NCBI GenBank assembly: GCA_035559535.1 | Contig: DATMBG010000057.1 | Location: 1-57,675, forward strand | DNA from: Candidatus Limnocylindrales bacterium | GTDB taxonomy: Bacteria; Moduliflexota; Moduliflexia; Moduliflexales; JAUQPW01 | Direction of reading: 5' to 3' | DNA length: 57,675 nt | In this document: positions 1 to 10,237 of the stretch, in pieces | How positions within the stretch are numbered: the stretch's first letter is position 1 | Layout of the letters: the number at the start of each line of letters is the position of its first letter | Notes under the pieces: generated by a model | Seen by the model: only the letters and a program-made list of their open reading frames with translations | Told to the model about the DNA's origin: nothing | Database searches by the model: none | Position numbers and translations under genes: made by a program

Positions 1-240
1 ACACCGGAAGGTAAAGGTAATGTCACTGAAGTAGATCATTCCATCCGGGCCTGCGGCTACCCCTTCGGTGAGGACGCAACCTCCCTCGAAGAGTTTCTCA
101 AGTTTGGCTCCAGGTGGAATAATACTCGGATCCCCGGTTGGATCAGCGCCCAGAGCAGGAATCTGGGTAAGCACGATCCCCAAAACGACCATTCCCAGCA
201 AATAGAAGCTTTTTGGATAAACACAATAACCTTTTAACAT
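1..240 (-). CDS. SMP-30/gluconolactonase/LRE family protein, N-terminal part (runs off window start)
   Basis: Manual translation MLKGYCVYPKSFYLLGMVVLGIVLTQIPALGADPTGDPSIIPPGAKLEKLFEGGCVLTEGVAAGPDGMIYFSDITF: signal peptide plus the LEKL..G..TEG....DG..YFSD pattern; AAGGAG RBS upstream. Confidence 0.75.
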   Translation of the reverse strand, partial: MLKGYCVYPKSFYLLGMVVLGIVLTQIPALGADPTGDPSIIPPGAKLEKLFEGGCVLTEGVAAGPDGMIYFSDITFTFRC

Positions 241-542
241 GGGCCACTCCTTTCATTTATAGAGTTAAAATGAGTCTAGGTTTACCTGGAGAATACCCTT
301 CCACTAAATTACAGGTGCCATAAAAAGTCAATCAAAAAAGAAATATTTATAAAAAGACATTTTTTTCCCTACTCCTACCGATTCTTTATAGAAATGTGCC
401 ATTGAAAATCCTGCTGAGGGCAGAAACAGGTTTAAGACCGTTTCTACCCGGGCGGGTAAGTTTCAAAAGGGAATGGGGAGAGGAATCGGGCAGGATATCT
501 GTAGACAAACAAGTAGAATTTACCATTTGATTAAGATTAGGG

Positions 543-571
543 TTGATATTGCCTGTGAGGTAAGGTACAAT
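543..571 (+). promoter_or_regulatory. sigma70-type promoter for rubrerythrin-VIT1 gene
   Basis: TTGATA-17 bp-TACAAT; AGGAGG RBS before ATG 650. Confidence 0.5.
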
Positions 572-649
572 GTAATAAATAGAAAAGATTTTTGAAGATG
601 AATTTCAATTCATCTGGACTCTCAATTTTTTAAACAGGAGGAACACAGC

Positions 650-1927
650 ATGGGGAGTAAAACCGATGCTAATCTTCAAGTCGCCCTGGCCGGAGAAGCG
701 GATGCAAATCGTCGCTATATTGCTTATGGAATTCAGGCTTTTACGGAAGGTTATCCGGATATTGCCCAACTCTTCTTTGAGGCAGCCGGTGCAGAAACTA
801 TCCACGCACTGAATCATCTCCACGTTTTAGGTGCGGTCCACTCGACTCGAGAGAATTTGATGGCGGCAGCTTATGGAGAAGATCAGGAGATTGAGGAAAT
901 GTACCCGCGCATGATCCGTGAAGCCGAGGAGGAAGGACGACAGGATGCTGCGGAAGCCTTTCGACTTTCTTTAGACCGGGAGCGCCATCATCGAGAGATG
1001 TTTCGCGCAGCCTTGGAGAAGCTAAATAAAACAACGTCGCCCCGATCTATAGAGTCTTCGTCAGATAAAGAAAGTCCAAAACCCAGAATCCACAGTTCGG
1101 AGTCTAAAGGCAGGAGCCCGGAGGTCAGAAGTCAAAGTCCAGAGTCCCGAGGCCAAAGTCGAACGGATACGGGGGTTAAGATTGGGGATTTAGGATCTAA
1201 ATTAAGAGGTATCGAGGAGTTGGAGACAGAGCCGGCCCGGATCGAACGTCTCTCCAACATTCGGGAAGTCATATTTGGGGCACAGGATGCACTGGTATCA
1301 ACTTTCTCTGTAGTTGCGGGTTTGGCAGCTGCAGAAACCTCGAATCATATTGTACTTTTAGCAGGGGCTATATCGGCTATAGCCGGAATTTTATCCATGT
1401 CGGCAGGCACTTTTTTATCGTCTCGGGCCCAGCGCCAGGTTTACGAAGCTGAACTTGCGAAAGAACGTCGAGAAGTTCGGGAAAAGCCCGGGGAAGAGAT
1501 TGCAGAATTGATGGCAGCCCTTGTAGCCCGGGGTATGTCGCGGAATGATGCGGTAGAGGTAACTCGACGCATAGGTCGTCACCCGGATCTTTTACTGGAA
1601 ATCCTTGCTGTCTTCGAATTAGGGCTTGCTCCACAAAGACTTGGGACTCCTGTTCGGGATGCCCTGATCATGGCAGCGGCCTTTGGAGCTGCCTCTCTCA
1701 TTCCTCTCTTTCCTTTCCTATTCCCCAACATCCATATCGATCTGGCCATATCCGGTCTGTTGACGCTTACAGCCCTTTTTGTCATGGGTGTGGCAAAAGC
1801 AGCTCTGGCCGGATTGGCAAGGATACGATCGGGTATCGAAGTTATGCTAGTAGGAGCCGGATCAGGTTTAATAGGCTATGCCCTGGGACGTTTGGCCTCG
1901 CTACTTTTAGGAGTGAATATAGGATAG
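650..1927 (+). CDS. Rubrerythrin (di-iron four-helix) - VIT1/CCC1 iron transporter fusion
   Basis: N-term AGEADANRRY..EGY..IAQLF..AETIH..GEDQE..MYP..ERHH; C-term IREVIFGAQDALVS..SMSAGTFLS VIT1 pattern with TM helices; low-complexity Ser/Glu/Pro linker. Confidence 0.85.
   Translation: MGSKTDANLQVALAGEADANRRYIAYGIQAFTEGYPDIAQLFFEAAGAETIHALNHLHVLGAVHSTRENLMAAAYGEDQEIEEMYPRMIREAEEEGRQDAAEAFRLSLDRERHHREMFRAALEKLNKTTSPRSIESSSDKESPKPRIHSSESKGRSPEVRSQSPESRGQSRTDTGVKIGDLGSKLRGIEELETEPARIERLSNIREVIFGAQDALVSTFSVVAGLAAAETSNHIVLLAGAISAIAGILSMSAGTFLSSRAQRQVYEAELAKERREVREKPGEEIAELMAALVARGMSRNDAVEVTRRIGRHPDLLLEILAVFELGLAPQRLGTPVRDALIMAAAFGAASLIPLFPFLFPNIHIDLAISGLLTLTALFVMGVAKAALAGLARIRSGIEVMLVGAGSGLIGYALGRLASLLLGVNIG
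1072..1162 (+). repeat. 13-unit degenerate heptamer tandem array (consensus RAGTCCA) inside coding linker
   Basis: aagtcca aaaccca gaatcca cagttcg gagtcta aaggcag gagcccg gaggtca gaagtca aagtcca gagtccc gaggcca aagtcga. Confidence 0.75.
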
Positions 1928-1993
1928 TTCGTGGTCTGTTGTCCGCCGTTTGTTGGTTAAAGACTACGGGCTCCAGACTACGGATCAATAATT

Positions 1994-4705
1994 ATGGAAA
2001 CCCGTAAACTGAACTCTTTCGGTACCAAGTCTGTATTGAAAGTGGACGAGCAGTCCTTCGATTTTTTCTCTCTAGAAGCATTGGAACGTGCCGGTGTAGG
2101 TCAGATTTCCAGACTTCCTTTTTCTCTGAAGATTATGCTTGAAAATTTGCTGCGCCATGAGGATGGGCGGGCGGTAACCCGGGATGATATTGAAATTCTT
2201 AGTCGTTCGGCATCTCAGGCCTGGGTTGAAGAGGAAATCGCCTTTCAACCAGCCCGGGTGTTAATGCAGGATTTCACCGGTGTGCCTGCTCTTGTGGATC
2301 TGGCCGTTATGCGAGATGTCATCCAACAGTTTGGTGGGGATCCAAAAAAGATTAATCCCTTGCAACCTGTTGATCTGGTCATCGACCATTCGGTACAGGT
2401 CGATCAATTTGGAACGGCAACCGCTTTCAATTACAATGCCGAGCTCGAGTTTCAGCGTAACAGAGAACGCTATGTCTTTTTAAAGTGGGGACAGAACGCA
2501 TTTAAAAACTTTCGAACCCTTCCCCCTGATATGGGTATTGTCCACCAGGTGAACCTTGAATATCTGGCCCAGGTTGTTTTTAGAGAAGAAAAAGATGGAC
2601 GTATCCTGGTTTACCCTGATACCCTGGTAGGTACAGACTCCCACACCACCATGATTAACGGTATGGGAGTGGTTGGATGGGGAGTTGGTGGGATCGAGGC
2701 GGAGGCAGCCATGTTAGGGCAACCCCTTTCTATGTTAATCCCCCAAGTTGTCGGGTTCAGACTTTCTGGGGAACTACCTCCCGGGGCCACCGCAACGGAC
2801 GTAGTCCTGACGGTTACTCAGATGCTTCGGGCAAAAGGGGTGGTAGGAAAGTTTGTTGAGTTCTATGGCCCCGGAGTGAGTCGGTTAAGCCTCGCAGATC
2901 GGGCTACCATTGCCAATATGGCTCCGGAATACGGAGCCACCATCGGATTCTTCCCGGTGGATGAAGAGACTTTAAACTATCTTCGTCTGACAGGACGGGA
3001 TCCGAACCTTATCAAACTGGTGGAGGCCTATACTAAAGCCCAGGGCCTATTCCGTACCGATCAGACCCCTGACCCGGTCTTCCTGGATACCATCGAGTTA
3101 GATTTAAGTACCGTACAGCCCTGTCTGGCCGGACCCCGGCGACCCCAAGATCGGGTACCACTTACGGAGGCCAAATCCGAATTTCAACGGGCCTTGGCTT
3201 CCATGTTGGGGGGCTCATTCCCAGGGACCAAAAATGGGCGAGTTGTTGTAGAGATGAATAACGAGCGTTTTGAATTAAGCCATGGCTCTGTAGCCATTGC
3301 CGCGATTACCAGTTGTACCAATACTTCCAATCCTTCCGTTATGATTGGAGCAGGTATATTGGCCAAGAAAGCAGTTGAGAAAGGTCTCAAAGTTAAACCC
3401 TGGGTTAAAACAAGCCTGGCCCCGGGGTCCCGGGTGGTAACAGATTACCTGAAAGAAGCAGGATTGATGCCTTACCTGGAAGCGCTACGTTTCCACCTGG
3501 TGGGATACGGCTGTACAACCTGTATTGGTAATAGCGGACCGTTACCTCAACCCATTGCAGAGGCAATACGTGAAGCCAAACTTGTTGTGGCAGCTGTTCT
3601 TAGCGGAAATCGTAATTTTGAAGGACGAATCAATCCCCTGGTACGGGCCAACTATCTCGCCTCCCCCCCTTTGGTCGTCGCCTATGCCATTGCAGGACAT
3701 ATGAATATCGATCTATACCACGAACCCTTGGGGTATAGTCCCAGTGGGGAACCTGTTTATTTGAAGGATATCTGGCCATCCCAAAGGGAAATTCAAGAAG
3801 CCATCCAAACTGCAGTTCAAACCAGAATGTTTCATAAAGTGTATGAGGAGGCTTTCAAAGGAGATGAACGATGGAGGGCTCTTGAGGCTCCTATGGGAGA
3901 CCTCTTCCAGTGGGATCCCCATTCGACCTATGTTAAACGACCTCCTTACTTCGAGGGTATGACCCTGGAAGTTCCGCCCCTCAAAAACATTTATAACGCC
4001 CGGGTATTGGCAGTGTTAGGGGATTCGGTCACAACCGATCATATCTCGCCGGCCGGCTCTATTGGGGTGGATACTCCGGCAGGTAAGTATCTTATAAGCC
4101 TTGGGGTAGATCCTAAAGACTTCAATTCTTACGGAGCCCGTCGGGGTAACCATGAGGTCATGATGCGCGGAACCTTTGCCAACATCCGCCTGCGTAATCT
4201 CATGGTACCGGGAACAGAAGGTGGCTGGACGGTTCATCTACCAGACGGTGAAAAGATGACCATTTACGAGGCGTCCGAAAAATATCGGAACGAGGGAGTA
4301 CCTCTGATTGTTATGGCAGGTAAAGAATATGGATCCGGCTCTTCCCGAGACTGGGCTGCTAAGGGCCCCTATTTGCTGGGGATAAAAGCCATCATCGCCG
4401 AAAGCTTCGAGCGTATCCACCGGAGCAATTTGATCGGTTTTGGAGTTCTTCCCCTCCAGTTTAAAGAGGGTGAAAATCGAGAAACCTTGGGACTTACCGG
4501 ATTCGAAACCTATAGCCTGGAAGGAATCGCCGATGGGCTTAAACCCCATCAAATAATTCCGGTCAGAGTCAAGAAAAAGGATGGAACGGAAAGGATCTTT
4601 GAAACCATCGCCCGTATCGATACGCCCATCGAAGTTCAATATTATCGACATGGAGGAATACTTCACTATGTGCTGAGGCAAATAATCCAACAGAAAAACT
4701 CTTAG
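1994..4705 (+). CDS. acnA: Aconitate hydratase A
   Basis: [50 protein letters not shown] motifs; 903 aa. Confidence 0.97.
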   Translation: METRKLNSFGTKSVLKVDEQSFDFFSLEALERAGVGQISRLPFSLKIMLENLLRHEDGRAVTRDDIEILSRSASQAWVEEEIAFQPARVLMQDFTGVPALVDLAVMRDVIQQFGGDPKKINPLQPVDLVIDHSVQVDQFGTATAFNYNAELEFQRNRERYVFLKWGQNAFKNFRTLPPDMGIVHQVNLEYLAQVVFREEKDGRILVYPDTLVGTDSHTTMINGMGVVGWGVGGIEAEAAMLGQPLSMLIPQVVGFRLSGELPPGATATDVVLTVTQMLRAKGVVGKFVEFYGPGVSRLSLADRATIANMAPEYGATIGFFPVDEETLNYLRLTGRDPNLIKLVEAYTKAQGLFRTDQTPDPVFLDTIELDLSTVQPCLAGPRRPQDRVPLTEAKSEFQRALASMLGGSFPGTKNGRVVVEMNNERFELSHGSVAIAAITSCTNTSNPSVMIGAGILAKKAVEKGLKVKPWVKTSLAPGSRVVTDYLKEAGLMPYLEALRFHLVGYGCTTCIGNSGPLPQPIAEAIREAKLVVAAVLSGNRNFEGRINPLVRANYLASPPLVVAYAIAGHMNIDLYHEPLGYSPSGEPVYLKDIWPSQREIQEAIQTAVQTRMFHKVYEEAFKGDERWRALEAPMGDLFQWDPHSTYVKRPPYFEGMTLEVPPLKNIYNARVLAVLGDSVTTDHISPAGSIGVDTPAGKYLISLGVDPKDFNSYGARRGNHEVMMRGTFANIRLRNLMVPGTEGGWTVHLPDGEKMTIYEASEKYRNEGVPLIVMAGKEYGSGSSRDWAAKGPYLLGIKAIIAESFERIHRSNLIGFGVLPLQFKEGENRETLGLTGFETYSLEGIADGLKPHQIIPVRVKKKDGTERIFETIARIDTPIEVQYYRHGGILHYVLRQIIQQKNS

Positions 4706-4776
4706 AGAACAGTAGAGAGAGCGATGGGCAGTAGGCAAAAGATAGGATGAGGTCTTATGGACTTACTCACTTGGCA

Positions 4777-5040
4777 AGGTTAAAGGGGGTTTTGCTCCCG
4801 GGAAGTTACCGGGTATAGGTCGGGGGGTAACTCCTATATGCCTTAAGCTAATGCCCCCTTCCTGACCTTTCCCCGCTTCCCAGGGGAAGGGACTTTGAAG
4901 CGAAAGTTCCCTCCTCTGTGAAAACGGGATAAGGTGGAGATGCCCTCTAGTAGGGTTTTATGAAACTTAGCTTGATGCGTATAGGGGTAACCCCCTGAAG
5001 GATCTTTCCGAAATTTGACAGAATCAACCCACTTAACCTT
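4777..5040. mobile_element. Nested palindromic MITE/REPIN-like element
   Basis: Outer arms aaggttaaaggggg / cccacttaacctt; inner ~30 bp arms ggggggtaactcctatatgccttaagctaa (4822-4851) / ttagcttgatgcgtataggggtaaccccct (4967-4996); central ttcccc..ggggaa hairpin. Confidence 0.55.
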
Positions 5041-5090
5041 CCCGGTGGCTTCCCTTACGTACTGCCCATGGTCTTCTGTAGGTCTGTACA

Positions 5091-5363
5091 ATGGACTGGA
5101 AAACTTTTTGGACTGTTTTTGGAACCATTTTCCTGGCCGAATTGGGAGATAAAACCCAGCTTACCACCCTGACCTATGCAGCGTCCAGCAAAGCCGGTTT
5201 TTCTGTTTTTCTGGGAGCAGCTCTGGCCCTGGTCTTAACTTCTTTGATAGGTGTTATCCTGGGACAGATAATTCCACGTTATGTTCCAACTTATTATATT
5301 CGAATCTTAGCGGGAGGTTTCTTTATCTTTATGGGAATCTGGATATTGGTGAGCAGAAACTAG
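5091..5363 (+). CDS. TMEM165/GDT1 (UPF0016) family Mn/Ca transporter, single-domain
   Basis: FLAELGDKTQL motif, three hydrophobic segments, 90 aa. Confidence 0.9.
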   Translation: MDWKTFWTVFGTIFLAELGDKTQLTTLTYAASSKAGFSVFLGAALALVLTSLIGVILGQIIPRYVPTYYIRILAGGFFIFMGIWILVSRN

Positions 5364-5619
5364 GACAGAAGTAAAACGGTAGGTAAAGACCTGGGAGTAT
5401 GCGTTTTTCGCTTGAATATAATTCAAAAGAGGGTTAACCTAAATGTCAAGAACCCGGGTTGTGAACAAATCCCCTGAAGTCTTTACAAATTCGTAAGGAT
5501 TATTCTTGACGTAGATTGGCGGAGTCAACAGATTCCTGAGTTGGATTTGCCTCAACACCTGGGGATCTTGGAATTCATCTACTCCGAAAATCTGCGGTTT
5601 CAAAAATTCTATTTGAGCT

Positions 5620-6318
5620 ATGATCTCGCTGAAATCCTCGACACCTTCGGTCTTAAAGACCTCCATTATTAGGAAAATAGTCACAGGTTTAACCGGATTG
5701 GGGCTTTTCATCTTTGTTATTTTTCATCTGTTAGGTAACCTTTTGCTGTTTAACAAGGATCCCGCTCCCTATAACAAATATTCCCATACGTTGGTCAGTT
5801 TGGGATGGATTCTTATTGTATTGGAGTTGGGATTGTTGGCGTTTTTCATTTTACATATTGTCTATGCCATATCTATCCGGTTAAGCGGGAAAAAAGCCCG
5901 ACCGGTTGGATATTATAAAATAAAGAGTGCTGGAAAACCCGGCCGGAAAACCATTGCTTCTACCAACATGTTGATAACCGGCGTGGTTATCCTGGTCTTT
6001 ACCGTTATTCACCTGAAGACTTTTAAATTTGGGCCGGAATATAAAACCGTGGTGGATGGAATCGAAATGAGAGATTTACACCGATTGGTTGTAGAAGTTT
6101 TCCAAAAGCCGGGGTACGTCCTCTGGTATGTGGTGGCCATGGTCTTCCTGGGATATCATTTGAGCTTTGGTTTTTGGAGTGCTTTTCAATCTTTAGGTAT
6201 TCATCATCCACGTTGGACACCGGCCCTCTATACCCTCGGTTATGTGCTGGCTATCCTGCTTGCGGCGGGATATATAGGCATACCGATTTGGATTTATTTT
6301 ATGGGAGGTACTCAATGA
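5620..6318 (+). CDS. sdhC: Succinate dehydrogenase/fumarate reductase cytochrome b subunit
   Basis: [16 protein letters not shown], several TM helices with His ligands; ATGA overlap with sdhA. Confidence 0.9.
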   Translation: MISLKSSTPSVLKTSIIRKIVTGLTGLGLFIFVIFHLLGNLLLFNKDPAPYNKYSHTLVSLGWILIVLELGLLAFFILHIVYAISIRLSGKKARPVGYYKIKSAGKPGRKTIASTNMLITGVVILVFTVIHLKTFKFGPEYKTVVDGIEMRDLHRLVVEVFQKPGYVLWYVVAMVFLGYHLSFGFWSAFQSLGIHHPRWTPALYTLGYVLAILLAAGYIGIPIWIYFMGGTQ

Positions 6319-8228
6319 CACTCGATGCCAGAATTCCCAGTGGTCCTATTCAAGAAAAATGGGACCGACGTAAATTCGAAGTAAAGTTGGTTAATCCGGC
6401 CAATAAGCGTAAATATACCCTTTTGGTTGTAGGTACCGGGCTGGCCGGGGCGTCTGCGGCAGCTTCCCTGGCAGAGTTGGGTTATAATGTTAAAAGCTTC
6501 TTTTTTCACGATTCACCCCGAAGAGCCCATAGCATCGCAGCTCAGGGGGGTATCAATGCGGCTAAAAATTACCGAAACGATGGGGATAGCGTTTGGAGAC
6601 TCTTCTACGATACCATCAAGGGAGGCGACTATCGCTCCCGGGAAGCCAATGTTTATCGACTCGCCCAGTTAAGTTGCAACATCATTGATCAGTGTGTGGC
6701 ACAAGGAGTTCCCTTTGCACGGGAATACGGAGGGCTTCTTGATACCAGATCTTTTGGAGGGGCGCAGGTTTCCCGTACCTTTTATGCCCGTGGACAGACC
6801 GGTCAACAACTCTTATTGGGGGCTTATGGAGCCTTGATGCGCCAGGTTGATGCCGGACGAGTAACCCTGTATCCCCGGCGGGAAATGCTGGATCTGGTTG
6901 TGATTAACGGAAAAGCCCGGGGAATTGTAGCCCGAAACCTCATCACCGGAGATATCGAATCCTATGTGGGAGATGCTGTTGTGCTGGCGACGGGTGGTTA
7001 TGGAAATATCTATTACCTCTCCACCAATGCTAAAAACTCCAACGCAACCGCCATCTGGCGATGTTACAAGCGGGGAGCGTTTTTTGCAAATCCCTGCTTT
7101 ACCCAAATTCATCCTACTTGTATTCCGGTTTCCGGGGAGTATCAGTCCAAGTTGACCCTCATGAGCGAAAGTTTGCGAAATGATGGTCGGGTCTGGGTAC
7201 CGAAAAAAAGAGGGGATAAACGCCCACCTAACCAAATCCCCGAAGAAGAACGAGATTATTTTCTGGAAAGAAAATATCCCAGCTTTGGTAACCTGGTCCC
7301 ACGGGATGTAGCTTCTCGTAGCATCAAGGCCGTATGCGACGAAGGTCGTGGCGTTGGAGAGACGGGCCTTGCGGTTTATTTGGATTTTGCCGATGCGATT
7401 AAGCGGCTGGGCCTGGAAGTCATTAAAGATAAATACGGTAACCTCTTCGAAATGTATCAGCGGATTACCAACGAAAACCCCTATGAAGTCCCCATGCGTA
7501 TCTATCCTGCAGTTCACTATACCATGGGCGGTTTATGGGTCGATTACAATTTGATGAGCACGATTCCGGGTCTATTTGTATTGGGAGAGGCAAACTTCTC
7601 CGATCATGGTGCTAACCGCCTGGGAGCCAGTGCTCTGATGCAGGGTCTCGCAGATGGGTATTTTATCATTCCCTACACCCTGGGAGATTATCTGGCCGGT
7701 ACTGAACTACCCAAGATCAGTACAGATCATCCAGCCTTTAAGGAAGCAGAAGCACAGGTTAAGAATCAGGTATCTCGACTTCTCTCTATTAAAGGTAAAA
7801 AGACTGTGCTCGAATTCCACCGGGAGCTTGGAAAAATTATGTGGGACTACGTAGGTATGTCCCGAAACGAAGCCGGTCTCAAGCATGCCCTGGAAGTCAT
7901 TCCCAAGCTCCGTGAAGAATTTTGGCAAAACGTGCTGATTCCGGGTGATTCGGATAGCTTAAACAAAAACCTGGAATTTGCTGGGCGGGTGGCCGACTTC
8001 TTAGAATTGGGTGAGCTGATGGCCTTGGATGCTTTGCATCGTAAAGAATCCTGTGGGAGCCATTTCCGTGAAGAATATCAGACCAAAGACGGAGAAGCCT
8101 TACGGGACGATGAAAATTTCATGTACGTAGCTGCGTGGGAATACACAGGTCCAGATAAAGCCCCGCAGCTTCACAAAGAACCTCTGGTATTTGAGAATGT
8201 GAAGGTTAGTCAACGAAGTTACAAGTAG
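6315..8228 (+). CDS. sdhA: Succinate dehydrogenase/fumarate reductase flavoprotein
   Basis: [38 protein letters not shown]; start reset to ATG 6315 (GGAGG RBS, overlap with sdhC stop) instead of 6174. Confidence 0.95.
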   Translation: MTLDARIPSGPIQEKWDRRKFEVKLVNPANKRKYTLLVVGTGLAGASAAASLAELGYNVKSFFFHDSPRRAHSIAAQGGINAAKNYRNDGDSVWRLFYDTIKGGDYRSREANVYRLAQLSCNIIDQCVAQGVPFAREYGGLLDTRSFGGAQVSRTFYARGQTGQQLLLGAYGALMRQVDAGRVTLYPRREMLDLVVINGKARGIVARNLITGDIESYVGDAVVLATGGYGNIYYLSTNAKNSNATAIWRCYKRGAFFANPCFTQIHPTCIPVSGEYQSKLTLMSESLRNDGRVWVPKKRGDKRPPNQIPEEERDYFLERKYPSFGNLVPRDVASRSIKAVCDEGRGVGETGLAVYLDFADAIKRLGLEVIKDKYGNLFEMYQRITNENPYEVPMRIYPAVHYTMGGLWVDYNLMSTIPGLFVLGEANFSDHGANRLGASALMQGLADGYFIIPYTLGDYLAGTELPKISTDHPAFKEAEAQVKNQVSRLLSIKGKKTVLEFHRELGKIMWDYVGMSRNEAGLKHALEVIPKLREEFWQNVLIPGDSDSLNKNLEFAGRVADFLELGELMALDALHRKESCGSHFREEYQTKDGEALRDDENFMYVAAWEYTGPDKAPQLHKEPLVFENVKVSQRSYK

Positions 8229-8252
8229 ATAAATTCTCTCGCTCCAGTTTTT

Positions 8253-8548
8253 AAACACGAAGAACCACGAAGATCACGAAGATTCCAGCTATATACAACC
8301 TCTTCCCTGTGAAAAGGTTGCCCAAAGGTCAGGCGACCCCTCTAAAGGGTCAACGGTATTAAGCTCAGGAGGGGAGTCCCTGTCGAAGATATCTTCCTGC
8401 TTCTCAGGGAAGGGAGATCCTGGTGTTCCCCTCTGCGATAGTCTGGGAAGTCAGGATCAGATAACAGGGCTCCTATCCGTTAGGGGGGGACCCTGACCGG
8501 GAGATGATAGAAAATCTCCTTCGTGCTCTTTGGGATCTTTGTGGTTTC
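8253..8548. repeat. Nested inverted-repeat element between sdhA and sdhB
   Basis: Outer arms aaacacgaagaaccacgaagatcacgaag / cttcgtgctctttgggatctttgtggttt; inner arms ggtcaggcgacccctctaa / ttagggggggaccctgacc. Confidence 0.6.
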
Positions 8549-8571
8549 TATTTCTTTACATGCAAAGGAAG

Positions 8572-9321
8572 ATGACATTCAATTTGCTTGTCTGGCGCCA
8601 GGCGAATGCCGAAAGCCCCGGTAAGTTGGTTCCTTATACCGCCAGAGATATTTCTCCGGATATGTCTTTTCTTGAAATGCTGGATGTAGTCAACGAAGAT
8701 CTCCTGAAGCGAGGGGAAGATCCCATTGAATTCGACAGCGATTGTCGAGAAGGAATTTGCGGCTCGTGTGGAATGGTGATTAACGGAATTGCCCATGGCC
8801 CTCTCCGGGCTACTGCAGCCTGTCAACTTCATATGCGGCATTTTAAAGATGGAGATACCATCACCATTGAACCTTTCCGGGCGAGTGCCTTTCCCATTAT
8901 AAAGGATCTGGTGGTCAATCGAAGCGCCTTTGATCGAATTATGGCTGCAGGAGGTTATATCTCAGTTAACGTAGGCGGCGCCCCCGATGCCAATACTATT
9001 TTGGTTCCCAAAGAAAATGCCGATCAGGCCATGGATTCGGCTTCATGTATTGCCTGTGGGGCCTGTGTGGCAGCCTGTCCCAATGCATCGGCCGCACTAT
9101 TTACGGCGGCTAAAATAACCCATCTCGCCCTTTTACCTCAAGGTCATCCGGAAAGAAAGCGGCGGGTAATACGCATGGTTCAACAAATGGACGCCGAAGG
9201 TTTTGGCGATTGCTCAAATTATGCCGAATGCGAAGCGGTATGCCCAAAATCTATTTCGATTTCCAACATTGCAAAAATGCGACGAGAATATCTCAAAGCG
9301 ATCCTGGACTTATCAAAATAA
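8572..9321 (+). CDS. sdhB: Succinate dehydrogenase/fumarate reductase iron-sulfur subunit
   Basis: [34 protein letters not shown]; start probably ATG 8572 (aaggaag upstream) or 8560. Confidence 0.95.
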   Translation: MTFNLLVWRQANAESPGKLVPYTARDISPDMSFLEMLDVVNEDLLKRGEDPIEFDSDCREGICGSCGMVINGIAHGPLRATAACQLHMRHFKDGDTITIEPFRASAFPIIKDLVVNRSAFDRIMAAGGYISVNVGGAPDANTILVPKENADQAMDSASCIACGACVAACPNASAALFTAAKITHLALLPQGHPERKRRVIRMVQQMDAEGFGDCSNYAECEAVCPKSISISNIAKMRREYLKAILDLSK

Positions 9322-9347
9322 ATAGGGAACCGGTTCCATAAAAAATT

Positions 9348-10232
9348 ATGAACCAAACTTCTTCCATCTCAGCTTATGATCTTTACCAACGGCAGCGTGT
9401 GACGGTGTTGAACACCCAGATGGCTTATATTGATACCGGCCAGGGGGCCCCCATTGTTTTCCTGCATGGAAATCCGACGTACTCCTATCTGTGGCGGAAT
9501 GTAATCCCCTATGTGGAGGAGCGAGGTCGTTGCCTTGCTCCGGATCTGGTTGGGATGGGAGATTCCGGTAAGGCTCCGGACGGTTCTTATCGTTTTGTCG
9601 ATCATGCCCGTTATCTGGATGCCTGGTTCCAGGCGCTGGACCTTCGGGAGAAGGTTATCCTGGTAGGACATGACTGGGGGGGAGCCCTTGCCTTCTATTG
9701 GGCCTACCGATATCCGGAACGGGTCAGAGCGATAGTTTATATGGAAACAATTGTAAGACCTCTGACCTGGAGCGAATGGCCGGAGGTAGCCCGTAATATC
9801 TTTAAAGGTTTGCGATCCTCCGCCGGTGAAGAAATGATTCTCCAGAAGAATCTCTTCATTGAGCGGATTCTTCCGGCCAGTATCCTTCGACAACTCACAG
9901 AGGAGGAAATGAATGCGTACCGTCGGCCTTACCTGGAGCCCGGGGAGTCTCGGCGGCCTATGCTCACATGGCCTCGAGAAATACCCTTAGATGGAGAGCC
10001 CGAAGAGGTCACGCGGATTGTAAATCACTATGCTACCTGGCTTGCAACCAGTAAAATCCCCAAGCTGTTCATTAATGCAGAACCCGGTTCCATTCTGGTA
10101 GGCGCTCAGCGAGAATTTTGCCGAACCTGGCCGAATCAGCAGGAAATTACCGTCAAAGGAATCCATTTCATCCAGGAAGATTCACCGGCTGAGATTGGAC
10201 AAATCATCGCGGCTTTTATGGCATTGACTTAA
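9348..10232 (+). CDS. Haloalkane dehalogenase (alpha/beta hydrolase, HLD-II like)
   Basis: FLHGNPTYSYLWRN, GHDWGG nucleophile, WPREIP, GIHFIQED. Confidence 0.9.
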   Translation: MNQTSSISAYDLYQRQRVTVLNTQMAYIDTGQGAPIVFLHGNPTYSYLWRNVIPYVEERGRCLAPDLVGMGDSGKAPDGSYRFVDHARYLDAWFQALDLREKVILVGHDWGGALAFYWAYRYPERVRAIVYMETIVRPLTWSEWPEVARNIFKGLRSSAGEEMILQKNLFIERILPASILRQLTEEEMNAYRRPYLEPGESRRPMLTWPREIPLDGEPEEVTRIVNHYATWLATSKIPKLFINAEPGSILVGAQREFCRTWPNQQEITVKGIHFIQEDSPAEIGQIIAAFMALT

Positions 10233-10237
10233 AGTAC

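Noticed and set aside
4706-5090. yybP-ykoY riboswitch before the UPF0016 gene, and ORF 4843-5091
   Set aside because: Riboswitch core motifs not recognised; region is explained by nested inverted repeats, and the ORF is likely spurious
5459-5488. Rex-like operator upstream of sdhC (ttgtgaa..ttacaa)
   Set aside because: Half-site spacing does not fit TTGTGAA-N4-TTCACAA
6174-6314. Longer sdhA start
   Set aside because: Overlaps sdhC by over 140 bp; ATG 6315 has an RBS and ATGA coupling
6813-7517. 234-aa minus-strand ORF and other antisense ORFs within housekeeping genes
   Set aside because: Shadow frames of well-supported genes with no motifs of their own
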